Source: Lysobacterales bacterium
Lineage (GTDB): Bacteria > Pseudomonadota > Gammaproteobacteria > Xanthomonadales > SZUA-38
Length of the DNA: 64,000 bases
Direction: 5' to 3'
NCBI GenBank assembly: GCA_028285525.1
Contig: JANQOZ010000044.1
Span: forward strand, 6,920-70,919
This document shows, in pieces, positions 10,079-20,551 of this stretch. The stretch's first letter is position 1; each line of letters begins with the position of its first letter. The notes below the pieces were generated by a model. It was given only the letters and a program-made list of their open reading frames with translations, was not told where the DNA came from and did not search any database. Made by a program: the position numbers and the translations under genes.

Positions 10079-10705
10079 TTGCTGAAAGAAGTATGGCTGG
10101 CCGAAAGCGCGCCATTGTACTCGACGGCGGGTCTGATCGTGCTACGCTCCGCGGTCACGCAGCCGGCGGCGCACAGGCCGCAGAGTCACGGGAAAGCAGT
10201 GGAAGATAACCAGCCAAGCGAATCGGAGGGGCCCGTCAGCCAGCGGGTACGCACGCTGGCCCAGCGCGGGAAAGATGAGCTGCTGCGCCCCGGTGGTATT
10301 GGCGACGGCGCCCATGGACTGTTACGCCGCTGGTTTCGCAAGGTCTGGGAATCGCGCGGCGGCGGCATGTACGCGCTGGGCTTTGCCGTCACATTTCTCT
10401 ATCTGGAGATTGTCGAGCTGTTCAGCGAGGACATACCGCAGCTGTTCTCCATCAATATTCTCAGCAGCGAACTGGTGGAATTTGTGGTCTCCTTCATTAT
10501 CGACACGCTGTTGAACACGCTGATGGCGTTTCTTTGGCCGGTCACGCTCATTCAGTGGCAGTGGCCTCTCGGCATCATCGCGCTGGTGGTGGGATTCACC
10601 ATCTTTCCCACCGTGATCCAGCAGCCGCTGGAGCGATGGATCTTTGAAAATCAGCCACCGCCGCCGAAGAAAACGAAGAAAAAGCGCAAAAATCGGCGGC
10701 GCTGA
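10079..10705 (+). CDS. hypothetical membrane protein with polybasic tail (start uncertain)
   Basis: Starts at TTG 10079, with an alternative GTG at 10199. It has hydrophobic helices (MYALGFAVTFLYLEIV, FVVSFIIDTLLNTLMAFLWPV, LGIIALVVGFTIFPTVI) and the tail PPPPKKTKKKRKNRRR. Confidence 0.5.
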   Translation: MLKEVWLAESAPLYSTAGLIVLRSAVTQPAAHRPQSHGKAVEDNQPSESEGPVSQRVRTLAQRGKDELLRPGGIGDGAHGLLRRWFRKVWESRGGGMYALGFAVTFLYLEIVELFSEDIPQLFSINILSSELVEFVVSFIIDTLLNTLMAFLWPVTLIQWQWPLGIIALVVGFTIFPTVIQQPLERWIFENQPPPPKKTKKKRKNRRR

Positions 10706-10765
10706 GTGAGGGTGCCTCGGTGGGAAACTCAGTATTATTGAAGGGTACCTAAAAGGAACCCAAAT

Positions 10766-12406
10766 ATGCCGTTACACGAGCTTGCCGGAAAGCGTCCGCC
10801 GCAGGCGTTGCTGGAAAATATTCCCCGGCTCGTTGCTAACTATTACGCGTTCTCTCCCGATCCCGGGGAGGCGTCACAGCGCGTTGCGTTCGGCACCTCC
10901 GGGCATCGCGGCAGCTCGCTTGGCGGCAGCTTTAATGAGGCGCACATCCTGGCGGTGAGTCAGGCCGTGGCGGACTACCGAAAAGCGCAGGGCATCACGG
11001 GCCCCCTGTTCCTTGGCATGGACACACACGCACTGTCCGAGCCGGCGCTGGTCAGCGCGGTTGAGGTGCTGGCAGCCAACGGCGTCTCGGTACATCTGGA
11101 CAACGAGGGTGGCTATACCCCAACGCCGGTGATCTCGTTTGCGATCCTCTCTCACAACCGGAGCCATCCCGATTCTCCGGCAGACGGGATTGTGATCACG
11201 CCGTCCCACAATCCGCCGTCTGACGGAGGCTTTAAATACAACCCGCCGAACGGCGGTCCAGCCGACAAAGCCGTGACGAGCTGGATCGAGCAGCGCGCGA
11301 ACGAGCTGCTGGCGGCGCCGGAACAGATTCGGCGGTGGACCTGGGAACGGGCCCGGACTTCCGATCAGGTTGTCCGGTTCGACTTTCGATCGCCCTACAT
11401 CAACGGCCTCGAAGAGGTGGTGGACGTGGTGGGCATTGCCCGGTCCGGCATCCGAATCGGCGCGGACCCGATGGGTGGGTCGGGCGTGCACTACTGGGAG
11501 CGGCTGGCCGATCGCTACGGCCTGAACCTGGTGGTGGTGAACGACGCGATCGATCCGACGTTTCGTTTTATGACCGTCGACAAGGACGGCAAAATTCGCA
11601 TGGACTGCTCATCGCCGTCGGCCATGGCGAGCCTGATCGAGCTGAAGGACGGTTACGACATCGCCTTCGGAAACGACACCGACTTTGACCGGCACGGCAT
11701 CGTGACGCCCAGCGGCGGCTTGATGAATCCCAACCACTATCTGTCGGTGGCGGTCTCCTGGCTGTTTGAGCGCCGCACCCGTTGGCCCGCCGCGTCGGCG
11801 GTGGGCAAAACGCTGGTGAGCAGCAGCATGATCGACCGAGTCGCGGCCGACCTTGGGCGTGAGCTCCACGAGGTTCCGGTCGGCTTCAAGTGGTTTGTCC
11901 AGGGGCTGCAGGAAGGCAGCCTGGGTTTTGGCGGCGAGGAGAGCGCGGGCGCGTCGTTTCTGCGTCGCGACGGGTCGCCCTGGTCGACCGATAAAGACGG
12001 CATCATTCTCAATCTGCTGGCCGCGGAGATCACCGCAGAGACCGGCGACGATCCGGCGGTGCACTACCGCAAGCTCGAATCGCGTTTCGGATCGCCGCGC
12101 TATACGCGTATTGACACCCCGGCCGGCGCCGAGGAAAAGGCCCGGCTTGCCGGACTGTCACCGGATCAGGTGACGGCCAAGGAGCTTGCGGGTGAGCCGA
12201 TCGTTGCCCGCCTGACCCGCGCCCCGGGGAATGATGCGCCGCTCGGCGGGCTGAAGATCACGACCCAAAACGGCTGGTTTGCCGCCCGTCCCTCGGGTAC
12301 GGAAGATCAGTACAAGATCTATGCGGAAAGCTTCAAGGACCAGGCCCACCTGGACGACATCGTCGAGCAGGCCAAGGCGATTGTCGGCAGCGCGCTGAGC
12401 GGCTAG
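10766..12406 (+). CDS. pgm: phosphoglucomutase (alpha-D-glucose phosphate-specific)
   Basis: 546 aa. Contains [10 protein letters not shown], the [12 protein letters not shown] phosphoserine loop, the [11 protein letters not shown] metal loop and the GGEESAG sugar loop. Confidence 0.92.
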   Translation: MPLHELAGKRPPQALLENIPRLVANYYAFSPDPGEASQRVAFGTSGHRGSSLGGSFNEAHILAVSQAVADYRKAQGITGPLFLGMDTHALSEPALVSAVEVLAANGVSVHLDNEGGYTPTPVISFAILSHNRSHPDSPADGIVITPSHNPPSDGGFKYNPPNGGPADKAVTSWIEQRANELLAAPEQIRRWTWERARTSDQVVRFDFRSPYINGLEEVVDVVGIARSGIRIGADPMGGSGVHYWERLADRYGLNLVVVNDAIDPTFRFMTVDKDGKIRMDCSSPSAMASLIELKDGYDIAFGNDTDFDRHGIVTPSGGLMNPNHYLSVAVSWLFERRTRWPAASAVGKTLVSSSMIDRVAADLGRELHEVPVGFKWFVQGLQEGSLGFGGEESAGASFLRRDGSPWSTDKDGIILNLLAAEITAETGDDPAVHYRKLESRFGSPRYTRIDTPAGAEEKARLAGLSPDQVTAKELAGEPIVARLTRAPGNDAPLGGLKITTQNGWFAARPSGTEDQYKIYAESFKDQAHLDDIVEQAKAIVGSALSG

Positions 12407-12421
12407 CGAGCCGCTTGGGAA

Positions 12422-14128
12422 CTATGGGGTGGCGCTCAGCGCCTGTTCGATGAGCTGGGTGACCGGCCCTCGCTGACTCAGCGCCAGAATCAGCATCAGG
12501 TCACCGACTCGCGCCCATTCCAGGGCGAAGCGGGTGCCGTCGACTGGGCTGGCGGCTCGGTGTATGGCCTCCGGCGGCATGCCCGCCGCCACGGCAATTC
12601 TCGTGATCAGGTCGGGGACGTCATCGGGCAGGCGGCCGCGTTCGTAGCCCGGCAGGCGGCAGACGACCAGCTGATCGGGATTTGCCTTCAGGGCGGCGTG
12701 CACCAGCCCTTCGATCAGCTCGTCACTGCGGTCGCCGGCCTGTCCCAGCAGCACCAGGCGCCGCTGCGCGGGCATCGCCGCCACCGTTTGTGCAACCGAA
12801 GAGAGTCCGTGCTCGTTGTGGGCAAAGTCGACAATCGCCTGCACGCCTTTGCCTCGAAAGATGTTGCCTCGGCCGGGATTTTCCGCGGGCCCGCCGCGGA
12901 AATCGCGTAGTCCTTTGCTGATCGCCCGATGGTCGCAACCGAGCACGTGGCCTAACGCTGCAGCGGCGAGCGCGTTCTGCACGTTGTGCCGAGCTTTGCC
13001 GAACAGCGTTACCGGGATGTCGTTGATCGGCATGATCAGCTGCTCGCCGCTGCGGTCCCGGTACGCGATGTGCCCTTTGCTGACGACAAACCCTTCGCCG
13101 CCAGCCATGCAGTGGCCTTCGATCAGCGGGTGTTCGGGGTTCTCGCTGAACCAGATAAACCGCTGCGCCGGCAGCTGGCGCGCGAATTCGACGATGCCGG
13201 CGTCGTCGGCGTTCAGCACCAGGAACTTCCGGTCGGCGAGACCCTTGTGAACAATAAACTTGGCGTCGCGGAGTTCTTCTACCGTGTGGATGCCGTATTC
13301 ACCCAGGTGGTCAGCCGCAATGTTGGTGATCAGTGCCGCGTCAGCGTTGGTCACGCCGAGCCCGCGTCGCAGCATGCCACCCCGGGCCACCTCCAGCAGC
13401 GCAACCTGCGTCTGCGGGTGGCGCAGCAGGGTGCGGGCACCGCCAGGGCCGGAGTAGTCGCCGGTGTCGAGTGTCTCGTCACCGACGCGGATGTAGTCGG
13501 TGGACGTCACGCCGGTGGTTCGCCCGGACGCGGCCACAATCGATGCGGTGAGCCGCACCGTCGTTGACTTGCCGTTGGTGCCGGTGACTAGGGCAACCGG
13601 GACCTCACCGTAGTGGCCCGCCTGGTCCCAGTCCACCTCTTCGGGTGCCGGCAGGTTGCCGCTTTCCCAGATCTGCGCCCGATGACCGTAGCCGACCGAG
13701 ATTTCATCATCGTCAGCTAGGAAGGGGGTCCCCCGGGCCGCGGCTGCCGCCTGCAGCGCGATGAGCATGGGGTTCTGCTCCTCCGCGATCAGCGTTTTGA
13801 GCCGGGTGACGGTGTCGTCCAGCGGCGGGAGCGCGGCGTTTTCCAGCTCGCAGCGGGCAAACTCAAAGGCCGCTTCGTTGACCTCCGTGGCGGCGTAAAG
13901 CGCATCGATGGGGGCGGTGATGACCAGGCATACGCCGGTTTCGTGGAGGCGATGAAAACACTGGCTGTTGCCCCAGCCGACCGCCTCAAGCAGGTCTCCG
14001 ACGTGACGCCGCCAGGCAAACGCCAGGTCGGCCTGGCGATGGCGGTCGATCAGAATGTCGCAGATGGCGCCCGGCAGCTGGCTGAACAGGTTAGGGCCGG
14101 TAAGTCGCCGCGAGTCTTCCAGCACCAT
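12422..14128 (-). CDS. second cyanophycin-synthetase-like protein (CphA N-domain-like region + Mur-ligase domain, no ATP-grasp)
   Basis: 568 aa. The P-loop VTGTNGKSTTVRL follows an N-terminal region of about 180 aa. It starts 5 nt after the cphA stop. Confidence 0.75.
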   Translation of the reverse strand: MVLEDSRRLTGPNLFSQLPGAICDILIDRHRQADLAFAWRRHVGDLLEAVGWGNSQCFHRLHETGVCLVITAPIDALYAATEVNEAAFEFARCELENAALPPLDDTVTRLKTLIAEEQNPMLIALQAAAAARGTPFLADDDEISVGYGHRAQIWESGNLPAPEEVDWDQAGHYGEVPVALVTGTNGKSTTVRLTASIVAASGRTTGVTSTDYIRVGDETLDTGDYSGPGGARTLLRHPQTQVALLEVARGGMLRRGLGVTNADAALITNIAADHLGEYGIHTVEELRDAKFIVHKGLADRKFLVLNADDAGIVEFARQLPAQRFIWFSENPEHPLIEGHCMAGGEGFVVSKGHIAYRDRSGEQLIMPINDIPVTLFGKARHNVQNALAAAALGHVLGCDHRAISKGLRDFRGGPAENPGRGNIFRGKGVQAIVDFAHNEHGLSSVAQTVAAMPAQRRLVLLGQAGDRSDELIEGLVHAALKANPDQLVVCRLPGYERGRLPDDVPDLITRIAVAAGMPPEAIHRAASPVDGTRFALEWARVGDLMLILALSQRGPVTQLIEQALSATP

Positions 14129-14133
14129 GTTAG

Positions 14134-16947
14134 TCAGTCGCCGTCTTCCACTTCCCTGGCGGCCAGCCTCACGCCGCGCTCATCGCGGATCAGCTGATCC
14201 TCATCTGAGAGCTCGAAGGCCTGCGCCACGAGGCTGGTATTGCTGACGGTCGGGGCGGGCTCGGGCGGTTTGGCGCTCTTTTCGCCGGCAAACTCAAAGT
14301 GAATGATCTGCTTCCAGCAGCGCGTGATCTCGTCTCCGAAGATCACGAGCAGGTCGCCCTCGGCTGCCTGAAGCAGCGCATTGTCCACCGCGAGCTGCTC
14401 ATCAGCGATCATTTCGATCTGGCCTGCGTCTACCCCGTTGGCCTCGAGAGACGCCTTCAGCATGCGGGGCACCTCACCCTCTGCGCGACCGCGCAGGTTG
14501 TCGTCCGCTTTGAGAATGTAGTGATCGAAATGCCCGGCGGCCTCCATAGCGATAGCGGCGATATCTTCGTCGCGCCGGTCGCCGGGCGCAGCCAGCACAA
14601 CAATGCGTCGGCCTGCAACGTCCAGCCGGTCGACCGTCTCGCACATGGTGGAAACGGCAGCAGGGTTATGGGCGTAGTCCAGAATCACCCGGAACGGGTG
14701 CTCGTCGAAGACGTTCATGCGGCCCGGCGCCTGGAAGAAGCTGGTGCTGAAGGTGCGCAGACCGTGGCGGATGTCCTCGAGCTTTTTGCCCATCGAAAAA
14801 GCCAGAGCGCTGGCAAACATGGCGTTTTGCACGTTGTGTGCCGCCTTGCCCTCGAGCGTGGCCGGAATCAGGTGGGTCCAGACCAGCGGGATGTGGTTGC
14901 CCCCTTCATAGATCGTGATCATGTCACCGTTCATGCCCTGTTCCAGCACCACCGCCCGGCCGCCGGCGCGGGTGTGCTCCCTGACAAGCGGGTGAGCTGG
15001 GTTCATGGTGACGTAACACAGGTTGCGGGCCTTCGTGTAGTCGGCCATACGCAGGCAGTGTTCGTCGTCGGCGTTCAGCACGGCCGTATCCTCGGCCACC
15101 TCTACCACCACGCGCTTGATTTCAGCGAGCTGCTCAAGCGTGTTGATGCCCTTCTGGCCGAGGTGATCGGCGCTGATATTGAGGCAGGCGGCAACGTCGC
15201 TGCGCCGGTATCCGAGTCCCGCACGCAAGATGCCGCCGCGAGCCGTCTCCATGACCGCGACGTCGACCGTTGGATCCCGCAGCACAATCTGGGCGGCCGA
15301 GGGTCCGGTCATGTCACCCTTGACGGTCAGGTGGCCATCGATGTAAACGCCGTCGGTTGAGGTTGACCCAACGATGTGCCCGGCGGTTTTGAGGATGTGG
15401 GACAACATCCGAGCGGTGGTGGTTTTACCATTGGTGCCCGTGATGCCGGCGATGGGAATGGTGCTCTGTGAGCCCTCCGGAAAGAGCATATCCAGCACCT
15501 TTCCCGCCACGTCACGGGGCTCACCTTCTGACGGCGCCACGTGCATGCGAAAGCCGGGGGCTGCGTTCACCTCGACAATCGCGCCGCCGATGTCTTTATA
15601 AGACTGGGTGATGTCGTCGGTCAGGAAATCCACCCCGCCCACGTCCAGGCCCACCGCGATCACCGCGCGCTCGGCCATCGCGCGGTTGTCCGGGTGGACT
15701 ACGTCGGTAACGTCCACCGCCGTGCCGCCGGTCGAGAGATTGGCCGTCGAGCGGAGGTAGAAGACTTCGCCGTCAGGCAGGACGGTGGACTCGTCATAAC
15801 CTGCGTTGCTCATGAGGCGCTTGGCCTGCTGGTCGATCTCGATTTTGGTCAGCACCTTTTCGTGACCGATGCCGCGCCGCGGGTCGGCGTTGACCCGGTC
15901 GATCAGCTCGCTGATCGTGTGTTCACCGTCGCCAACCACGTGGCCGGGCACCCGCTTGGCAACGGCCACGAGGTTGCCGTCAACCACCAGCATCCGGTGA
16001 TCCATGCCGGAGATATAGGACTCGATCAGCACCGCTCGTGAGTTGCCACGCTCACGCGCAACCTTAAAGGCCTCCTCTACAGCGTCGTCTTCGCTGAGGT
16101 TGATCGACACGCCCCGGCCATGGTTGGCGTTCAGCGGCTTGACGACAATGGGGTAACCGATGCGGCGCGCGGCTCGGACGGCCTCGCGGGGTGAGTACAC
16201 CATCCGCTGCTGCGGCACCGGCAGGCCAAGGTCGTTGAGCAGATTGTGGGTGTCTTCCTTATCGCAGGAGATCTCGACCGCGATATGGGTGGTTTTGCTC
16301 GTGATGGTGGCCTGGATCCGCTGCTGGTACTTGCCGTGGCCGAACTGCACCAGCGAATAGTCGTTCAGGCGCAGCCAGGGAATGTCCCGTGCCTCCGCGG
16401 CGGCAACCAGCGACGCCGTGCTCGGACCCAGCTCCTTGCGCTGAGCAAAGCGGATGAACGAGTCGCGTTCTTCCTCAAAAACAAAGTCTTTGTCGATTTG
16501 GTCAGCGAGAGACTCGCACAGATGCTCCGGCAGCAGCGAGAGGATGAGCTGGCGGCCGATTCGGGCCGCCTCCAGGCCGACGTCCCGCTGGTGGTACTGA
16601 AAGACCACGTTGTAGCAGCCGGGCTGCCCTTCGATGGATCGCGTCCGCCCAAAGCTCACGTCTGAGCCGGCAATGGTCTGCAGCTCGAGGATCAGGTGTT
16701 CCCACAGGTGCCCCAGCCAGGTGCCTTCGTCCTCGTGCATGCGCCGCAGAAACCCGCCGGCGACGCCGTAGGAGCAGCCGTGCTCGGCAAGGCCGGGGAG
16801 GGCACGGCTGATCCCCTCGAGAAAGTCCGTTCCCAGCTTGGCGGAGGGCCACTCTTCCAGGATCCCCAGATCGATCTGGTGTCGGATCACCGGAAAGTGT
16901 GCGTACAGGTTGGGGCCGCGGTAGACGTTCGTGCTGAGTATTTTCAT
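14134..16947 (-). CDS. cphA: cyanophycin synthetase
   Basis: An ATG at 16947 in the track ORF gives MKILSTNVYRGPNLY, a typical CphA N-terminus. There is an ATP-grasp segment (PIVVKPLNANHGRGVSINL) and then the Mur-ligase P-loop GITGTNGKTTTARM. Confidence 0.92.
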   Translation of the reverse strand: MKILSTNVYRGPNLYAHFPVIRHQIDLGILEEWPSAKLGTDFLEGISRALPGLAEHGCSYGVAGGFLRRMHEDEGTWLGHLWEHLILELQTIAGSDVSFGRTRSIEGQPGCYNVVFQYHQRDVGLEAARIGRQLILSLLPEHLCESLADQIDKDFVFEEERDSFIRFAQRKELGPSTASLVAAAEARDIPWLRLNDYSLVQFGHGKYQQRIQATITSKTTHIAVEISCDKEDTHNLLNDLGLPVPQQRMVYSPREAVRAARRIGYPIVVKPLNANHGRGVSINLSEDDAVEEAFKVARERGNSRAVLIESYISGMDHRMLVVDGNLVAVAKRVPGHVVGDGEHTISELIDRVNADPRRGIGHEKVLTKIEIDQQAKRLMSNAGYDESTVLPDGEVFYLRSTANLSTGGTAVDVTDVVHPDNRAMAERAVIAVGLDVGGVDFLTDDITQSYKDIGGAIVEVNAAPGFRMHVAPSEGEPRDVAGKVLDMLFPEGSQSTIPIAGITGTNGKTTTARMLSHILKTAGHIVGSTSTDGVYIDGHLTVKGDMTGPSAAQIVLRDPTVDVAVMETARGGILRAGLGYRRSDVAACLNISADHLGQKGINTLEQLAEIKRVVVEVAEDTAVLNADDEHCLRMADYTKARNLCYVTMNPAHPLVREHTRAGGRAVVLEQGMNGDMITIYEGGNHIPLVWTHLIPATLEGKAAHNVQNAMFASALAFSMGKKLEDIRHGLRTFSTSFFQAPGRMNVFDEHPFRVILDYAHNPAAVSTMCETVDRLDVAGRRIVVLAAPGDRRDEDIAAIAMEAAGHFDHYILKADDNLRGRAEGEVPRMLKASLEANGVDAGQIEMIADEQLAVDNALLQAAEGDLLVIFGDEITRCWKQIIHFEFAGEKSAKPPEPAPTVSNTSLVAQAFELSDEDQLIRDERGVRLAAREVEDGD

Positions 16948-17010
16948 GCCGATCCTCTGCTGGAGGCCTGCCATGCTAGCAGCCCGCAGGGCGGTGGGAA
17001 ACGCGGTTGC

Positions 17011-17823
17011 TCAGTTGAGCGTAATGGCCTGCGCCTGTCGCGTCTCCAGGTTGAAGTGGTCGCCTGCCGTGAGGATGTGCAGCGTCAGGCCGATGAGGCT
17101 GATCGGGTCCTGGTCGGAGGCGTCGTGCATCGACGAATGCTGCAGCCCCGACGGGTCGACCACCGTGATGGCGCCGCTGCCGACGACCTCGAGCGTTCCC
17201 CTCGGACTGATGAAAGCCGCCGTGTCTTCATCGATCCCCAGACCGGTAGCAAAGGGGTTGTAAGACAAAGCGGTCAGCAGCCGGCCAAGGCGGTCGCGCT
17301 GGCGAAAGTGCTGATCGACGATCGCCTTGTTGGTCAGACCTAGGCCCGGCGCCATCGTGACGCCGTTCTCCGTGGGTGTAGGCCCGGTGGGGCCGCCGGC
17401 GATCATGTGCTCACAGACGATGGCAGCGCCGGCGGAGGTGCCGGCCACGTGGACACCCTTGGCGAATCGATCGCGGATGGAGCGGGCGACCGGGGTTCCG
17501 CCGAGGATGGTCGAAAGCCTGAGCTGATTCCCGCCGGTCAGAAAAATTCCGCTGGCTCGCTCCAGCGTGGAGACGATCTCTTCAGCGAAGCAGTCCTCCC
17601 GCTCATCGATCGGAATGTAGCGCGAGCGCGCGCCCATTTCTTCGAACAGGGACACGTAGTTTGGTCCGGTCTCAGCCAGTTCAGAGGCGGTGGGGATTAC
17701 GAGGATCCTTGCGTCGCGGCCGCCGCAGAGCTCCATAAACCGGCGCAGGATCAGTGCGTCCGTGGAACGTTCCTCAGCGCCGCCGATGGGAATCAGCCAG
17801 CCGCGTTTTGATGTGTCGCTCAA
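17011..17823 (-). CDS. cphB: cyanophycinase (peptidase S51)
   Basis: 270 aa. Contains LIPIGGAEE and VAGTSAGAAI (Ser nucleophile context), and lies adjacent to cphA. Confidence 0.9.
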   Translation of the reverse strand: MSDTSKRGWLIPIGGAEERSTDALILRRFMELCGGRDARILVIPTASELAETGPNYVSLFEEMGARSRYIPIDEREDCFAEEIVSTLERASGIFLTGGNQLRLSTILGGTPVARSIRDRFAKGVHVAGTSAGAAIVCEHMIAGGPTGPTPTENGVTMAPGLGLTNKAIVDQHFRQRDRLGRLLTALSYNPFATGLGIDEDTAAFISPRGTLEVVGSGAITVVDPSGLQHSSMHDASDQDPISLIGLTLHILTAGDHFNLETRQAQAITLN

Positions 17824-17988
17824 ATCTTCTCGCTCCCGTGAAGCCTGAAAGCCGGTTAGGTCAATAAAACCGCGGCATTCTAGCTGCTGGGCGCAGCAAG
17901 AGCCATCGTCCGCGCGCGAGTCCGCTTGCCGTGCGAAAAACTATCGGAAATTCTTGACTGTGGCTGCCCTATCGGTAGCCTGCGCGAC

Positions 17989-18477
17989 ATGATGAATAAA
18001 TCCATGATTTTGACGCTGCTGCTGCCGGTCCTGCTGCTAAGGGTCTCCGTTTCCGCAGCGGAAGAAGTCGACAGCCGCAAGCTCTACGCTCAGCTCGGCG
18101 CCTATGCACACTACAGTGACGACGAAGACTTTTCGGGCGCGCCGCTGATGGCGTCTTTTGAGATCCGGAACAGCCGGAACCGACTTTACGGGCTGTCGCT
18201 GTTTAACAACTCTTTCGGACAGTTCTCACAGTTTGTCTACTACGGCTGGGAATTCCCGCTGCCTCGTCTGCACCGCTACGCGCGTGCGAAGCTCGCCTTG
18301 GGCATTGTGCATGGGTACCGCGACGAGTTCGAAGACGAACTGGCGCTGAACTTCGGACGATTTGCACCGGGGCTCGTCCCAGCCATCGGGTTCAAGAAAG
18401 ACGGACTGGGCGTGGACCTGGTGGTGCTCAGCAACGCGGCGCTCATGATTGCGGTCGGCAAAGACTTCGATCTGTAG
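17989..18477 (+). CDS. small secreted / outer-membrane-type protein, unknown family
   Basis: An internal ATG at 17989 gives MMNKSMILTLLLPVLLLRVSVSAAEE (signal peptide). The protein is aromatic-rich, has an alternating pattern, and ends ...AVGKDFDL. Confidence 0.55.
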   Translation: MMNKSMILTLLLPVLLLRVSVSAAEEVDSRKLYAQLGAYAHYSDDEDFSGAPLMASFEIRNSRNRLYGLSLFNNSFGQFSQFVYYGWEFPLPRLHRYARAKLALGIVHGYRDEFEDELALNFGRFAPGLVPAIGFKKDGLGVDLVVLSNAALMIAVGKDFDL

Positions 18478-18518
18478 GCGCAAACTTTTGGCTTTATAAC
18501 AACGAGGAGTGCTCGGCT

Positions 18519-18968
18519 ATGCCGCGAGACGTTCAATATGGAGAGATCGAGTCGCTGGTCGGTGAGGAGTTGGGCGTTTCCGACTGGCTGACCATCGATC
18601 AGAATCGGGTCAACGCGTTTGCTGACGCGACACTCGACCCGCAGTGGATTCACGTAGACATTGAGCGAGCTACCCAGGAAATGGGCGGCACGATCGTACA
18701 CGGCTTTCTGACCCTGTCCTTAATGGTGCACCTGAGCGAACAGGTTGTCGCCTGGAAAGGGGTTGCCCGGGTGATCAACTACGGGTGCAACAAGATCCGT
18801 TTCACCGGGATGGTGCCTACCGGATCCCAGGTACGCATGCGCATCACGCTCCCGGCGGCCGAGCCGAAGGGTGACGGCATGCTGGTGACGCTCAACTGCG
18901 TTGTCGAAGTCGAGGGCCAGGAACGCCCGGCGCTGATCGCCGAGTGGCTCTGCGTGCTGTTCCCCTAG
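18519..18968 (+). CDS. MaoC-family (hotdog fold) dehydratase
   Basis: 149 aa. Contains VNAFADATLDPQWIHVDIERA...GGTIVHGFLTLSL. Confidence 0.85.
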   Translation: MPRDVQYGEIESLVGEELGVSDWLTIDQNRVNAFADATLDPQWIHVDIERATQEMGGTIVHGFLTLSLMVHLSEQVVAWKGVARVINYGCNKIRFTGMVPTGSQVRMRITLPAAEPKGDGMLVTLNCVVEVEGQERPALIAEWLCVLFP

Positions 18969-18973
18969 ATCGC

Positions 18974-19939
18974 TTAGCGGCTGGCGTAGTAGTCCGCAAA
19001 AGTCTGGATGAAGCGATCCAGCTGATCGGGCGGTAGCTGGTTGATGCCGGCCGCCGCCTTGCGGCCACCCCCGGTTTCGAACTGCCGACAGATATCGTCG
19101 GCGCCGGTACGGCGGTTGACCGGCGCGCGGACGCTGACCAACAGTCCCCGGTCGCCTTCGGTGACCACCGCGTGGGCGCAGTCCGGCGCCTGGTTGGCCA
19201 ACTCGTTGCCAAAGACGCCGCTGACGCGGCGAGACCAGGCCGCGTTCGGCAGGCCGACCACCGCTGCATGCGGGAGGTCGAGCAGGCGGCTTGCGCCCCT
19301 CGCCCGGGCCAGATCGTCCTCATAACCCTGCTGCAGCTTGGGGAACGTGTCCGCATCGTCGTCGACAAACGCCAGCGGATCGGGGTAGGGCAGCAGCCGT
19401 TGATAGAGGTCTTCGGGAGGAAAATGAAGGTCCTCGACCGTGGCGCCGTAGGCGTTGTAGTTGATGCAGGTACCAAGAGTTTTTAGTTTGGCAAAGGATT
19501 CCGGTGAGACCTCGGCCTTGTCCGCCAGGGCCTGCGCTGATGTCGCGAGGTTGTCGCCGAGCGTGCCCGCGATGGCCCAGTTGATGTACTGACCGCTTAG
19601 CTCCCGGTTGACCAGCATGCTGGTGCAGACGTTGGGCTCGGTGTTGATCCGAGTCGTCAACCCCGGATGCTCGGGGACCTCGCCAGCGAAGTGGTGGTCC
19701 ACATAATGGACCTCAGCGCCGCGCTCCAGCAGTACCTCTAACGCCTCCCGGTTCTTGTCGAGCGAGATATCGAGCACGGTGACCTGGTCACCAGCGCTGG
19801 CTGAGACCCGCTGCAGAAGGCTGATGTCACGCTTCACGCCCGTGACGTTCACGGCGTCTGGCTCGGGCTTTGCCAGCCGAAGCTGGATCAGCGCGCAGAT
19901 GCCGTCCGCGTCACCGTTGAAGACGTCAAACGCGGTCAA
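18974..19939 (-). CDS. DHH-family phosphoesterase
   Basis: 321 aa. Contains NGDADGICA (motif I), VTVLDISLD (motif II) and YVDHHF (DHH motif). The TTG start overlaps the ppa stop. Confidence 0.65.
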   Translation of the reverse strand: MTAFDVFNGDADGICALIQLRLAKPEPDAVNVTGVKRDISLLQRVSASAGDQVTVLDISLDKNREALEVLLERGAEVHYVDHHFAGEVPEHPGLTTRINTEPNVCTSMLVNRELSGQYINWAIAGTLGDNLATSAQALADKAEVSPESFAKLKTLGTCINYNAYGATVEDLHFPPEDLYQRLLPYPDPLAFVDDDADTFPKLQQGYEDDLARARGASRLLDLPHAAVVGLPNAAWSRRVSGVFGNELANQAPDCAHAVVTEGDRGLLVSVRAPVNRRTGADDICRQFETGGGRKAAAGINQLPPDQLDRFIQTFADYYASR

Positions 19940-20550
19940 GACCCGTAGCCACCGTAATGTCGCTTGTAGTCGAGCACCGCGGCGTTGACCACCGCATGCG
20001 CGTGTTCCTTGCCGTAGGGCTCAATCGACGACACCTTCTGCGGCTGGTCGGGAGGTGACTTGTAGGTCAAAAAGTAGTGTCGAAGCCGCTCGGTCATGAT
20101 GTCCGGCAGTTCGGTCAGATCCTCGGTGTCCGCCAGCACGTGGTCACCCTCCAGCACCGCCACAATCTTATCGTCGGCCTCATCGTCGTCGATCATCTGG
20201 AGCCCGCCGATCACCCGGGCTTTCAGAATGATCTCGGCGCGGGCCACGGGTCGCTCGCTGAGCACACAGATATCGAGCGGGTCGAGATCACCTCGCTTGG
20301 ACTTTGGGCTCAGCTTATGCACCTCCTCCGCGCAGTAGGTCTGCGGCATAAAGCCGTAGAGGCACGGAAGCTGTGAGGTCGTCCGCTGCGGCCGATCGAT
20401 TGAGAGAAAACCCGTTTCTTTGTCGAGCTCGTACTTGACGTAGTCAAACGGCGTCATCTCGACGAACACCGTGATGATCTCCGGGGATTTCCTGCCGGGG
20501 TTGAGCCCGTGCCAGGGGTGAGGGCGGTGTAGCGCGTAGCGAATGCTCAT
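19936..20550 (-). CDS. ppa: inorganic pyrophosphatase (family I)
   Basis: 204 aa. Contains KRGDLDPLDICVLSE and DDEADDKIVAV, acidic metal-binding motifs. Confidence 0.85.
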   Translation of the reverse strand: MSIRYALHRPHPWHGLNPGRKSPEIITVFVEMTPFDYVKYELDKETGFLSIDRPQRTTSQLPCLYGFMPQTYCAEEVHKLSPKSKRGDLDPLDICVLSERPVARAEIILKARVIGGLQMIDDDEADDKIVAVLEGDHVLADTEDLTELPDIMTERLRHYFLTYKSPPDQPQKVSSIEPYGKEHAHAVVNAAVLDYKRHYGGYGS

Positions 20551-20551
20551 G

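Noticed and set aside
14299-15360. 353-aa ORF antisense to cphA. Similar antisense ORFs occur at 40100..41260 (nadC), 44055..45017 (purK), 54281..55243 (pilY1), 1092..1619 (TonB receptor) and 49899..50693 (DUF692).
   Set aside because: All lie fully inside confidently assigned genes on the other strand, and their translations have no recognisable motifs.
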